Assembly: GCA_030603365.1 (NCBI GenBank)
Contig: JAUVXV010000002.1
Location: forward strand, 1-64,000
DNA from: Candidatus Heimdallarchaeota archaeon
GTDB lineage: Archaea; Asgardarchaeota; Heimdallarchaeia; Heimdallarchaeales; Heimdallarchaeaceae
Length of the DNA stretch: 64,000 bases
Direction: 5' to 3'
This document shows, in pieces, positions 47,636 to 57,867 of the stretch. The notes beneath the pieces were generated by a model. It saw nothing but the letters and a program-made list of their open reading frames with translations, did no database searches and was not told where the DNA came from. Within the stretch, counting starts at the first letter, position 1, and every line of letters begins with the position of its first letter. The translations under genes and the position numbers were made by a program.

Positions 47636-48289
47636 ATGGAAGAAGCTATAGATACTCCTTACTTATCTGAAGAAGTGGAATTAGATAAAACAGGACCCAT
47701 ACACATCCTCTTCCAATTGATGAAGATTACAGCATGGAGACGTTTTGCTCACCATCCGACTTGCAGTGTATATGAAAATCATTATTATAAAATTGGACGA
47801 GTTACTTTGTGTGTAGGATGCACAAGCCTCTATTCTTCAATCATCTTATCTATGATTTTCTTCTTTTCTTGTATGAACTTCTTCCGTTCGAATCCCTATA
47901 TCTTAGCTTTCACATTTATTATTGGTATTTTAGGTCCTTTCTTTCACTTTGCAATTAGACCTAAGAATAAATGGATTAAGACTATTTTCAGAGTTTCAGC
48001 TGGTATAGCTTTAGGTGCATATATTGGATTAGTCGTTTTAATCAATGTATGGTGGATTAGATTAATCATGCTCTCTTTCATTGTAGGGGGATTTTCGTTA
48101 TATGGGTTAATGCGAGGAAAACGAGCTAATCTGAGATATTGTGAAAGTTGTCACTTGCATTTTGCAGACCCTCCGTGTAACCCTCATAGAAACACTAATA
48201 TTAAGATTAAGAAAATAAATGACTTTGTTGCTGAGCAATTGAAAGAGAAAAAAGACAAGCGAAAAGATAGGAAAAATAAAATTAACTGA
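47636..48289 (+). CDS. Membrane protein with HHPxC...LCxGC motif (DUF2085-like)
   Basis: HHPTC, LCVGC, 4 TMs, CESC. Confidence 0.6.
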   Translation: MEEAIDTPYLSEEVELDKTGPIHILFQLMKITAWRRFAHHPTCSVYENHYYKIGRVTLCVGCTSLYSSIILSMIFFFSCMNFFRSNPYILAFTFIIGILGPFFHFAIRPKNKWIKTIFRVSAGIALGAYIGLVVLINVWWIRLIMLSFIVGGFSLYGLMRGKRANLRYCESCHLHFADPPCNPHRNTNIKIKKINDFVAEQLKEKKDKRKDRKNKIN

Positions 48290-48698
48290 ATAAATCATAG
48301 AACCAATCAACTAAGGTTTCCCATAGATATTTGATGTAGGTTTGTATATCTAAACCTGAATCTCCAGGTTGAGCAGATGCATGAATATTACTGCCTCCAC
48401 ATGAGCAGCTATCACAGCTGTTACTACAAGCATTATTACAGCTGTTACTACATGCTTCATCGCATCCACAGTCACATGTACAACCACTACATGCTTGCTG
48501 ACACATTTGAGAAATGGAATAACCTATTGCGTAGATAATCCCCACAGCAATCAGACCTAGAACAATTAAACTACTAAATACTATTAGAATAATGATGATA
48601 ATTCTTCTTCTTCTCTTCTTTTTTAGTAATTCAGGATCTACAGGATCTATTGGATAAGGTTGATAATATTGTTCTTCAATTGGGGCTTTTTCGTCCAT
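48282..48698 (-). CDS. Type II membrane protein with a 12-Cys cluster
   Basis: KKKRRRR-TM-CQQACSGCTCDCGCDEACSNSCNNACSNSCDSCSC. Confidence 0.7.
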   Translation of the reverse strand: MDEKAPIEEQYYQPYPIDPVDPELLKKKRRRRIIIIILIVFSSLIVLGLIAVGIIYAIGYSISQMCQQACSGCTCDCGCDEACSNSCNNACSNSCDSCSCGGSNIHASAQPGDSGLDIQTYIKYLWETLVDWFYDLFS

Positions 48699-48805
48699 TA
48701 TTTTGAGTTAACAAAACTAGGTTAAAAATTTTCTTCTGCTTTTAAGTCATTTTGTGTATTATATTTACAGATAGACAATTAAATGTAAATTTGCAGGTCG
48801 ATTAG

Positions 48806-50584
48806 ATGAGCCAAACTGATAATACTTATAGTCAGATAATATTGGGAACGTTAGTTAAAGATAATACTCTGCTTGTTTTCCCTCATTATATTGACTTAAA
48901 CCCCATCCTTTCTCTCGTATTAAGATTTTTTAAAGAAAAAGAACCAGACAAAAAAATAGGGATTGTATTAGATAAATCAGAATCTTTGTCAATTTTCAAA
49001 GAATTCATTGATCACTACTCTACCCAAATCAATATTTCTCTCTTATCTTCCACTTTAGCACTTGAGAAAAGAAAACGAATGTATGATGAAGGAGAGATTC
49101 TTGTTGTTACTCCCCAATTATTACGAAATGATATACTTCGTCAGATGATATCTCCTGAATCTTTTGCTTTTTTATTTTTTGCTAATGCAGGACAGGTGAA
49201 AGGTAAACATGCCTCTGTTCAACTTATGGAGATATTCCAGAAAAATGCTCTATTTGTAAGAATTGCAGCTTTGGTTCAGGAGAGAATCAATTCTGTTGAA
49301 GATTTAACAGAAATATGTGAGAAATTACTTATCACTAAAATTGAGTATATTGAGGAAAAAGACCAAAAAGTCTCTTCTCTTTACAAAACCTTCGAAGAGA
49401 AAATTACTGTTCCAATTAACAAACCTATCTATGAATTTTGTTTTGAGATTAACAGATATATCCGTGAGTATCAGTCTTTCTTAGAAGACAAAGGAATAAA
49501 CAAACCCTTAGCTGTAAGAAAGGAATTTCCTGATTTTGTCATAAGTCTTCGAAAAGAGTATGATATAGATCAACAACAGATTCTTATTAGAAAAGCAATT
49601 GAACTTATGAATTTTGTAACTATCAAGGAGCTTGTTGAAGCGTCAGGACCCACTGCTGCCTTATCTTATATGGAGAGATTGAAGAAAAGAGAGGAAGATC
49701 AAGAAGAAGATAAGTTGAGTAGCTTGACAACTAAATTTGCTCGAACACCTATTTTTGATGAAATATTTTCGGAAATAAGAAAACTCTCTGAATTAACTCA
49801 ACATCCTAAACTGGAGAGATTAAAACAGCTGATTTTATCTGTTAAAAATAAAACCAATTTTAAGAGGTTCTACATAATTGCTAATCACAAATCTGTTTTC
49901 ACTGAAATAGCGGATTCTTTAGAGGAAATAGGATTAAAAGCTAAGAACTTACCAAAGAGCCGAACCAAGGAGAGACAAAAAGCTTTAGACATTTTCAAAG
50001 AAAAAGAAATTGATGTTCTCATAGCTTCTCATTTCATAAATACAGCGGCAGATGCTGTTATTTTCTATAATGTTCCAACCAAATTTCAAACATATCTAGA
50101 AAGCAAAAAATATTCTAAGAAAGTATTTCTCTTTATTACTCATAGATCTCAAGAAGAGAGAATTTATCATAAATTCCGTAATAGAGAAAAATCTATTGGC
50201 AAAATCATCAATCATACTAAAATTCAAGAAAGATTGATTCAGAATCAACAAATTATTTTTGAGAAATCTATTGAGAAGAAAATGAATTCTAGAACCAAAG
50301 CTTTCGTTAATCTCGCTAAATCTCTATCAAGAACCAGGGAAGGAAGAGCAGAAGAGTCCGAATATACTCAAACTAAGACTAGCGAAACAAGTGCAAAACA
50401 CATTCAGTTTCTTGCAGATTGTTCTTACGATGAAGCTAAACAAATTTCTTCATTATTGAAGGACAAGAATTTAGGGAATTTAGACAAATTGTCAATAGAT
50501 GAAATTGCAGAAATATTCCCTCGATCCAGAGCTATTGAAATAATCGAAAACATAGAAGGAAGGAAATATCTTGTATCAGGTTAA
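48806..50584 (+). CDS. Degenerate Hef/FANCM (Mph1)-like helicase paralog
   Basis: NTLLV.P, TPQLLRND, L.I..IE and HPKL retained; Walker A, DEAH and motif VI lost. Confidence 0.7.
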   Translation: MSQTDNTYSQIILGTLVKDNTLLVFPHYIDLNPILSLVLRFFKEKEPDKKIGIVLDKSESLSIFKEFIDHYSTQINISLLSSTLALEKRKRMYDEGEILVVTPQLLRNDILRQMISPESFAFLFFANAGQVKGKHASVQLMEIFQKNALFVRIAALVQERINSVEDLTEICEKLLITKIEYIEEKDQKVSSLYKTFEEKITVPINKPIYEFCFEINRYIREYQSFLEDKGINKPLAVRKEFPDFVISLRKEYDIDQQQILIRKAIELMNFVTIKELVEASGPTAALSYMERLKKREEDQEEDKLSSLTTKFARTPIFDEIFSEIRKLSELTQHPKLERLKQLILSVKNKTNFKRFYIIANHKSVFTEIADSLEEIGLKAKNLPKSRTKERQKALDIFKEKEIDVLIASHFINTAADAVIFYNVPTKFQTYLESKKYSKKVFLFITHRSQEERIYHKFRNREKSIGKIINHTKIQERLIQNQQIIFEKSIEKKMNSRTKAFVNLAKSLSRTREGRAEESEYTQTKTSETSAKHIQFLADCSYDEAKQISSLLKDKNLGNLDKLSIDEIAEIFPRSRAIEIIENIEGRKYLVSG

Positions 50585-52367
50585 CGCAGAAGCTGAGGAA
50601 AGCTGGGAGATAGCTAAAATCATCTTCCCATATACTAAAATGAAGGCTCCCCAGAAAAAGATTATTCAATCTATCCTTTCCTCTCCCCAACCCTTACTTA
50701 TTAGTTCTCAAATAGGTGTGGGGAAAACTGCAGCATTACTCACCTCTTTACTATCTCTTAAGAAACCAGATGAAAAAATAGTTATTTTCGTTAGAACAAA
50801 AGCTCAGATTAATGTGTTTCTTAGAGAACTTTCTAATATCTTTAGACAGATAGTTAAACACTGGGATGTACTGGAACAGCATTTCGAGAACTTTCCCATT
50901 TTTGTTCCATTCTTAGGTAAGAATGAACTATGTTTGAAAGCCAAAAAAGACTATCCTGGAGAGTTGTATACACATATCTGTAATCTAACAAGATGTCCAT
51001 TGAAGGCTAAAACACAAAGAGCAACTTTGGATGATATTATCGATTCTGTCAAAAAGCTCTATGAGTCATTTTCTGATGTTATTTCTAAAGAGGATATTTT
51101 AGAAAGTTTAAACTCAGATAAATATTGTCCATATTTCTTTTCTTATTTTCTTTTGCAAAAAGCTGATGTAATAATTACTTCCTATCCCTTTCTTGAAAAC
51201 AGTGCATTGTTCACTCGTTTATTCTACAGTATAGGATCATCAGTTTCTAAAACTCTAATCGCTATAGATGAGGCCCACAACCTCTATAAACCGATAAATC
51301 AAGAAATAACTAAAGCATTCATTGAAAATGCTGCAAAAGAACTTCCTCATAAAATCTATACAGAGGTTCTAGAACTAATCGATAGGCAAGAAGTTATTCA
51401 TAATAAGTTTGATGAGTACAAACTGAAATCCTTGGAAGATGAGCTTTTCACTCTTCTCCAATCTCAGTTAATTCATAATAGTCCTCCAGCTTTTTATGCC
51501 TACATTGTTTATCATTTTCTGCATTCCTCACAAGATAAAATTCTGCTTTCTGATGGTCAGAAGCTTTCAATTGTTAATATACAACCTTCAGATGTTCTCA
51601 CTAAATTCATAGATGCTAGAAGATTTGCATTAATTTCAGGAAGTTTCGAACCTATAAGATCATTTCAACAAATTTTCAAACTTCCTAATTCTAAAATACT
51701 TCAAGTTTTTCCTCCTAAAGAAGAAATTGAAGCTAAATACTATGTCTTATGTAACCAGAAACTAAATGGCAAATATGAAAATAGAAATCATGAATACTAT
51801 GTTCTTATAGCGAGTACTATTCAAACTATCTTTGAAGCAATAGACGGACACACCTTAGTTTTTGTCCCTAGTTACAAATATATTGGAGAACTTGAGGACT
51901 CTGGAGTACTTGAAGCAGATATAATTGAAAGTAGGGAGTTAGATATCACAACACTCCAAGCAATTATTGCTAGTTCTGAGGAAAAGAAGCTTATCATTTG
52001 TGTAACAGGAGGAAAGATAAGCGAAGGAGTCGAATTCTCTGTTCAAGGTAAAAGTCTTATCAAAGGCATTATGTTAACAACATTACCTTTCCCTCCCCCT
52101 TCTCAGGAAAACCAAATAATTCATGACGATCTTCTGAAAAAGTTTGGACCTACTATAGCAAAGGAATTTACAGTAACCATACCGATGGTACAAAGATTAG
52201 CTCAGAGTTTTGGCAGAGCAATTCGAAATAAAGGAGATAGAGCTGTTCACATACTATTAGATCCCCGAGGAACTAGGCTTACACAAGATTTTCCTTTTGA
52301 AAGACATAATTCAATAAAAACCCTAAAATCTAAAATCAGACATTTTTTTCAAATTCCAAGAACTTAA
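50571..52367 (+). CDS. XPD/Rad3/DinG-family Fe-S SF2 helicase
   Basis: GVGKT, GKNELC..C..CP..CPYF, IDEAHN, GKISEGV, QSFGRAIR. Confidence 0.88.
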   Translation: MYQVNAEAEESWEIAKIIFPYTKMKAPQKKIIQSILSSPQPLLISSQIGVGKTAALLTSLLSLKKPDEKIVIFVRTKAQINVFLRELSNIFRQIVKHWDVLEQHFENFPIFVPFLGKNELCLKAKKDYPGELYTHICNLTRCPLKAKTQRATLDDIIDSVKKLYESFSDVISKEDILESLNSDKYCPYFFSYFLLQKADVIITSYPFLENSALFTRLFYSIGSSVSKTLIAIDEAHNLYKPINQEITKAFIENAAKELPHKIYTEVLELIDRQEVIHNKFDEYKLKSLEDELFTLLQSQLIHNSPPAFYAYIVYHFLHSSQDKILLSDGQKLSIVNIQPSDVLTKFIDARRFALISGSFEPIRSFQQIFKLPNSKILQVFPPKEEIEAKYYVLCNQKLNGKYENRNHEYYVLIASTIQTIFEAIDGHTLVFVPSYKYIGELEDSGVLEADIIESRELDITTLQAIIASSEEKKLIICVTGGKISEGVEFSVQGKSLIKGIMLTTLPFPPPSQENQIIHDDLLKKFGPTIAKEFTVTIPMVQRLAQSFGRAIRNKGDRAVHILLDPRGTRLTQDFPFERHNSIKTLKSKIRHFFQIPRT

Positions 52368-52389
52368 ATAGAATACTGGAGAAAATTCT

Positions 52390-53391
52390 ATGACTGAAAT
52401 GAAAAGAGCATTGGTTCTAATTTTCATTATGATTTTAACTTCTTTTCCGGTTTCAGCTGAAATTGAAACAGAGTATGATGTAGATGAGTTAAAAAGTTCT
52501 ATTGATCCTTTGTCCGCTTGGTCGAAAAATTACAATGTTACTGCTTTAGCATTAATTTCTGTTTCTACCAAACCATATAATCAAAGTCAATTATATCATA
52601 TCACTATTCATAACGCAACAAACTTCTATGTTATTAGCAGGTATAATGTAACCGGAGATCTTTTCTTTAATTTCATCTGGGAAGGTCTTTTTAGAGCATA
52701 TATCTGGAATCCAGGGGGAGAAAGTTTGGAGATATCTATTATACTAAATAGTGATAGTTTGTCTGATGTAGAAGGGTTAGGTTATTCATTTGATTTCGAA
52801 GACAATTGGTGTCTTCAAACAACAGTATCTTCAGGAATTAATACAATATTACCAATCTCTAGCTTAACTAGAGGAAATTTTAAGATTAAGCTCTCTTCTT
52901 TTGGAGATAACAGTAATCTCAGATTATATTTAACTAATGAAAATCCTTCAGAAGAACCAACTTGGATGGATTCTGCAATAGTTATAAGTTGGATAGAATA
53001 TACGGAACAATCTGTTGTTCTTGACGAGGGTTATAACTGGATAGTTCTAACTTCTCTTGATGGACTATCCCACACTGTTGTTATAGTTATGATATACGAA
53101 AGTGGTTTAGCACTAAAAACTCGAGATATAATAATAGCTGTAGTTTTTATAGGTGCACTGATTTTATTTTTGTTGAATCAAGTAACTAGTCGAAAAAAGA
53201 GGAGACATAGAAAAAGCTACTATAGTACAAAACCATCACGAACTGATGTTCAAAAGCAACTCCACCTAATCTCGCAAGTTGATATCAGACATGAGGGAGG
53301 AAGATATGTTTACATTCCGCCTGAACTGACAAATCCTGATCTTTTGGATGAAGGGTTGGTTGAAAGAAAAAAAGATAAAGACAAAACCTAA
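52390..53391 (+). CDS. Single-pass membrane protein with signal peptide
   Basis: Signal peptide, TM near residue 245, basic tail. Confidence 0.65.
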   Translation: MTEMKRALVLIFIMILTSFPVSAEIETEYDVDELKSSIDPLSAWSKNYNVTALALISVSTKPYNQSQLYHITIHNATNFYVISRYNVTGDLFFNFIWEGLFRAYIWNPGGESLEISIILNSDSLSDVEGLGYSFDFEDNWCLQTTVSSGINTILPISSLTRGNFKIKLSSFGDNSNLRLYLTNENPSEEPTWMDSAIVISWIEYTEQSVVLDEGYNWIVLTSLDGLSHTVVIVMIYESGLALKTRDIIIAVVFIGALILFLLNQVTSRKKRRHRKSYYSTKPSRTDVQKQLHLISQVDIRHEGGRYVYIPPELTNPDLLDEGLVERKKDKDKT

Positions 53392-54260
53392 TCCAAGTCG
53401 AAATTTCTAACTGTTATAATCCCCATTACAGTTATTCCAGTATGACAAGCTATAGTATTTCCAACAAAAAATGGTTCAATGTGTTTAATTTTAGGGATAG
53501 TTGTTCTTTCAATCATCTTTCGGAATTTAGCATTCTCTTCTCTTGGTGTAGTTTCACCCATCCAGATGAAAAGCTCATCATCAGGGTTGTAACATTTCCA
53601 TGCTTCATTGAGTAATTTTCTACATGTCCTCTCAGTACCAATATCTTTCCCAATTGGTTTGAGCTCTCCATCAGCTAATGTGAGGATGGGGTAAGCATGA
53701 AGAACATCAGCTAGATAATACTGAATACGGCTGATTCTCCCACTTTGGAAAATATGAGTCAAATCTGTAACCATTAAAAATACTTGAACATCATTATCTC
53801 TGAAATATTCAAGTTGCTGTAAGATATTATCAATTTCTTCTCCCTGTTTTACTAATTGAGCTGCTTTGAGAGCTATAGCTCCTAAGAAATAAGAGGTTCC
53901 TTTGGAATCAAATATAGTTATTTCCGGACAATTAGCTTTTTTTCTTCTAAACTGATTTACTGTGCTTTTTACCACATTCATTGTTCCTGATAATTGAGGA
54001 GAAACAAGTATCATAAGCAGATGATCGTAATCTTGATTCTTCTCTAAAACTTTCCAAACATTATTTGGTGAGGGTTGGCTAGTTTTTGCAGATTTTGAAT
54101 TCTTAATCAATTCATAGAATTCAGCTGGAGGAGTGCTTCCATCATCCAAGTATTCTTGTTCATCTATAATTGCAAATGCTGGAATAAGATCAATATCATA
54201 ACGTTTTACCAAATCATCATTGAGATTTGATGTCGAATCTGAAATTATCTTAATTTTCAC
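53388..54260 (-). CDS. DegV family fatty-acid-binding protein
   Basis: IISDST, KTSQPS, S..LSGT, SGRI, HTG. Confidence 0.9.
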   Translation of the reverse strand: MKIKIISDSTSNLNDDLVKRYDIDLIPAFAIIDEQEYLDDGSTPPAEFYELIKNSKSAKTSQPSPNNVWKVLEKNQDYDHLLMILVSPQLSGTMNVVKSTVNQFRRKKANCPEITIFDSKGTSYFLGAIALKAAQLVKQGEEIDNILQQLEYFRDNDVQVFLMVTDLTHIFQSGRISRIQYYLADVLHAYPILTLADGELKPIGKDIGTERTCRKLLNEAWKCYNPDDELFIWMGETTPREENAKFRKMIERTTIPKIKHIEPFFVGNTIACHTGITVMGIITVRNFDLD

Positions 54261-54303
54261 ATTTCAATAATAAACTAGGTTTTAAAAAATGTTGTGCAGA
54301 TGA

Positions 54304-54375
54304 ATTATTAATTTGAGATTACTCGGATTAGCTGGATTGGTCCTATCATCCTTAAAACCTAAAAAGAAAAGATGA
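54304..54375 (+). other. Orphan TM and basic-tail remnant
   Basis: IINLRLLGLAGLVLSSLKPKKKR*, followed by a T-rich tract. Confidence 0.35.
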
Positions 54376-54446
54376 TTTTTCTTTTCTTATATCCATAAAT
54401 CTTTTTTTTTCAGAAAGATTTAGATATCTCTACTTAGAGTTAAAGT

Positions 54447-55397
54447 GTGAATAAAAAACTGATTCACTGGTTAAAAGCATCTGTCATTATTCTAGGATGG
54501 AGTCTGACACCAGTTATTGGTGATTATCTAGTCGATCAAACTAGTCAATTAACCGCTTATCAGTTATCTTTTTTTAGATATTTCATTGCTGCAGTAGCCA
54601 TTTACATTATCCTAATGATTCAGAAGGATGTCTCGAATAAGGATATAATTCAATCTGTCAAAAAGAAATGGAAACAATATATTATAGTTTCAATACCTTC
54701 TGCTTTCATGCCTGTTCTTCTATTCCTGGCGGTTAATTCAACCACTGCATCAACCGCTTCCTTCTTACTAAACTCGAATATTATTCTTATTCCAATTATT
54801 GCCTTTTTTATTATTAAAGAAAGGATAACAAAACGTTATTTCATAGGTTTAGTAATCGCTTTACTTGGAGTATTCTTTGTGGTTTTTGATGAGAATCTCT
54901 TGGATTTATCTAATCTAACCTTGGGGTCAGTTGGAGGTAATTTGCTCGCTTTAGGTTCCGGTCTTTGTTGGGCATTATACACGGTTTTTCTGAAGAAATT
55001 CTTTTCTGATGAGAATCCACTATTAGTTACTTTTTTGAGTCTTCTATTGGGAAGCATTTATCTTGTTTTCTTTGCTTTTCTTATTCCTCCTGTAAATATG
55101 TCAGTAAATCTCTTAGGAATCTTTCTTATCATAGTAATTGCAGTATTAGCCACGGCATTTGCTTATAGCTTCTGGTTGGATATACTTTCCTATCTTTCAA
55201 CTACTGAAACAGGAATCATACAAGCTTTAGTACCAATCTTTTCAGTAATTTGGTCTGTTTCCTTTCTAGGAGAAGGTGATACAGTAACGTACTTTTTTGG
55301 AATCGGAGCTGTATTGATAATTGCTAGTATAATCATTGTTGAGAGAAGAAAGGAAAAACCAGAGATTACTGATGAAAAATCCATAAAAGAAAGTTGA
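54447..55397 (+). CDS. DMT/EamA family transporter
   Basis: 10 TMs in two repeats; KERIT, GNLLAL...WALY. Confidence 0.9.
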   Translation: MNKKLIHWLKASVIILGWSLTPVIGDYLVDQTSQLTAYQLSFFRYFIAAVAIYIILMIQKDVSNKDIIQSVKKKWKQYIIVSIPSAFMPVLLFLAVNSTTASTASFLLNSNIILIPIIAFFIIKERITKRYFIGLVIALLGVFFVVFDENLLDLSNLTLGSVGGNLLALGSGLCWALYTVFLKKFFSDENPLLVTFLSLLLGSIYLVFFAFLIPPVNMSVNLLGIFLIIVIAVLATAFAYSFWLDILSYLSTTETGIIQALVPIFSVIWSVSFLGEGDTVTYFFGIGAVLIIASIIIVERRKEKPEITDEKSIKES

Positions 55398-55450
55398 TAG
55401 AGAGAAACCTTTTTTTCTATGAAAGTAATCTTATTGAGTTAGTGAATAAA

Positions 55451-56227
55451 ATGACAAAGTTTCAAGAAGATATTTGTATCCACAAAGGGGATTTCCTAAT
55501 TGTCAAAACAAAGGACATAGAATTCAACAATCCCACAGTATTTGTTACTTTTCCAACTCCTGGTATTATTGGTCCAATAGTAGCTAGACAAATGATTTCT
55601 AGTTTGGGATTAGAAGAAATAGGTTTCTTTAAGTCTGATGCCCTTAGTCCTGTTACAATTTTCATGGATAATGTTCTGAAGCACCCATATTTGCTTTATT
55701 CCAACAAAGAAGGTACCATCCTTTTGATAACTATAGAGTATCCGGTTCCTCAAGAAGCGTTTTTAGTTGTAGCTGAGGGATTAATCAATTGGATAGAGAA
55801 ACATGTTAGAGCAGAAAAAATAGTTTGTTTAGATGGTGTTCCAGTCAAACTTAAGCCAGAAAAACCTGTTGTTATAACAGCAGCAGAAAAAGGGGTAGCA
55901 GAAGAACTAAAGCAATATGGCACAGACATATACGAACATGGTGTCGTTTTAGGTCTTTCAGGAGCATTTACTAGTGAAGCTTTACTCCGTGATATTGTTG
56001 GTATGGTTCTAATGACACCTGCAACAGCTGAATTTCCTGATCCAGAAGCTGCTGTCAACCTGATCAAAGTGATAAACAGTTATTTCAAATTCGACATTGC
56101 AACAGAAGAGTTACTTGCTGAAGCTACCAAGATTAAGCAACAGTTAGCAATGATAGCTGAGAAACAACAGACTATGCAACAACCTATGGTCCCACCGCCA
56201 AGAAGAATGAGAGAAGGATATGTATAA
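55451..56227 (+). CDS. Proteasome assembly chaperone PAC2 family protein
   Basis: FPTPGIIG, LDG, FPDPEAA, C-terminal GYV (HbYX-like); ATG 55451 preferred. Confidence 0.85.
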   Translation: MTKFQEDICIHKGDFLIVKTKDIEFNNPTVFVTFPTPGIIGPIVARQMISSLGLEEIGFFKSDALSPVTIFMDNVLKHPYLLYSNKEGTILLITIEYPVPQEAFLVVAEGLINWIEKHVRAEKIVCLDGVPVKLKPEKPVVITAAEKGVAEELKQYGTDIYEHGVVLGLSGAFTSEALLRDIVGMVLMTPATAEFPDPEAAVNLIKVINSYFKFDIATEELLAEATKIKQQLAMIAEKQQTMQQPMVPPPRRMREGYV

Positions 56228-56350
56228 TCTTATTCTCCCTATTTTTTTATTTTAATGAAAAGTTTTTTTTTGTTTTAAACCTCGAGAAATTGCTGACAAA
56301 TTATATCGCCAAATTTTTTTTCTAAAAGAAATGAAAAGATAGAACAAAAA

Positions 56351-56734
56351 TCACTTAGATGTTTTTCCACAGTTACTGCAAAATTTCATTCCAGATTCTA
56401 ATTTCATCCCACAAAATTCACAGAAAGTTGTTTCCAGAACGTCCTTAGAAGAAGTGGATTCCACATCTTTCTCCCTTTTTGTTTTTAAACCTTTGATTTC
56501 ATGACCCTCTAGAATATCATATGTGCTTCTACGTGTTTTTGAGGTTTCTTGTCCAGTTTTCTTCAGAAAATTGAAGAATGCTATAACACCTAGAATAACG
56601 AAAAACATGATTACTCCCATCAAAATATAGAATATAATCTTTTCAGTAACAATTCCTAATACCAATAAAGTTACCAAAACTAAAATTAATCCAGTTATTA
56701 CACCATTTATAGAACGACGACTTCGAATTCTCAT
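56351..56734 (-). CDS. Two-TM protein with C-terminal zinc ribbon
   Basis: FCEFCG...FCSNCG; ATG 56734 (MRIRSRR) preferred. Confidence 0.7.
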   Translation of the reverse strand: MRIRSRRSINGVITGLILVLVTLLVLGIVTEKIIFYILMGVIMFFVILGVIAFFNFLKKTGQETSKTRRSTYDILEGHEIKGLKTKREKDVESTSSKDVLETTFCEFCGMKLESGMKFCSNCGKTSK

Positions 56735-56907
56735 ATAGGTACATAGAAAATAATGAACCAATATAAAGACTCCTTTGAGTATTATGTAAATAGCAGTTTC
56801 TCTCTGTCGATATATGTTCCCTGAAAAAGTAAAATAAATTATGGATAATAAACTAAATTCTTTGATGAATAACAATCTTTATTTTTAATCTCAGAACATT
56901 CTTTTTA

Positions 56908-57867
56908 ATGAAAGTATTTGTAACAAGGAAAATCCCTCAAGCTGGCTTAGAAATTCTTAGGGAGCATTTTGAAATTGATGTATTTGAAGGAGATTCCCCT
57001 ATATCTAGAGAGGAGTTGGTAACACGAGCTAGTGATTGTGACGGTCTTCTTTCATTATTAACCGATACAATAGATTCAGAAGTCATGGATGAAATAGGAG
57101 TTAAAGCTATAGCTAATTATGCAGTAGGTTATGATAATATAGATATTACTGCAGCAACCCAAAGAAAAATTCCTGTTACAAATACACCAGGTGTATTGAC
57201 AGATGCAACTGCTGATTTGACTTTTGCACTGATCTTATCCATCTCTAGACGAATAGTTGAATCTGATAAATATCTTAGAGAAGGAAGATGGACTGGTTGG
57301 GATCCTATCCTCTTACTTGGTGGAGATTTTGTTGGAAAGACTCTCGGTATTATTGGATTAGGTAGGATAGGAACAGCTGTTGCTAAGAGGGCTAAAGGTT
57401 TTGGGATGAATATCATCTATACTGATCATCATAAGAAATCTATAGAAAACGAATTGAGTGCAAGATGGGTAACATTTGAAGAGCTAATAGTAAATTCTGA
57501 TTATATTACAATTCATATACCACATACAACTGATACACATCACCTTATAGGGAAAGAAGAATTGTCCAAAATGAAAAGTACAGCTTATCTCATTAATACT
57601 TCTAGAGGTAAAATAATCAATGAAATTGAACTTATTGAAGCTTTGAAGAACAGACAGATTACTGGAGCAGGTTTAGATGTTTTCTATGAAGAACCCGATT
57701 TCAATCCTGAACTTGCAAAGTTAGATAATGTGGTTATTGTTCCTCATATTGGTTCAGCAAGCTTTGAAACAAGAAACAAAATGGCAGTAATGGCTGCAGA
57801 GAATCTTGTTGAAGCATTAAAAGGAGAGATACCTGAAAATATTGTGAACCCAGAGATATATGATTAA
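56908..57867 (+). CDS. gyaR: Glyoxylate reductase / D-2-hydroxyacid dehydrogenase
   Basis: AVGYDNID, GLGRIG, INTSRG, PHIGSA. Confidence 0.9.
   Translation: MKVFVTRKIPQAGLEILREHFEIDVFEGDSPISREELVTRASDCDGLLSLLTDTIDSEVMDEIGVKAIANYAVGYDNIDITAATQRKIPVTNTPGVLTDATADLTFALILSISRRIVESDKYLREGRWTGWDPILLLGGDFVGKTLGIIGLGRIGTAVAKRAKGFGMNIIYTDHHKKSIENELSARWVTFEELIVNSDYITIHIPHTTDTHHLIGKEELSKMKSTAYLINTSRGKIINEIELIEALKNRQITGAGLDVFYEEPDFNPELAKLDNVVIVPHIGSASFETRNKMAVMAAENLVEALKGEIPENIVNPEIYD

Noticed and set aside
46303-47670. Plus-strand ORFs inside the D-aminoacylase gene (and similar short antisense ORFs throughout the track)
   Set aside because: Shadow frames of well-supported genes, with no motifs of their own.
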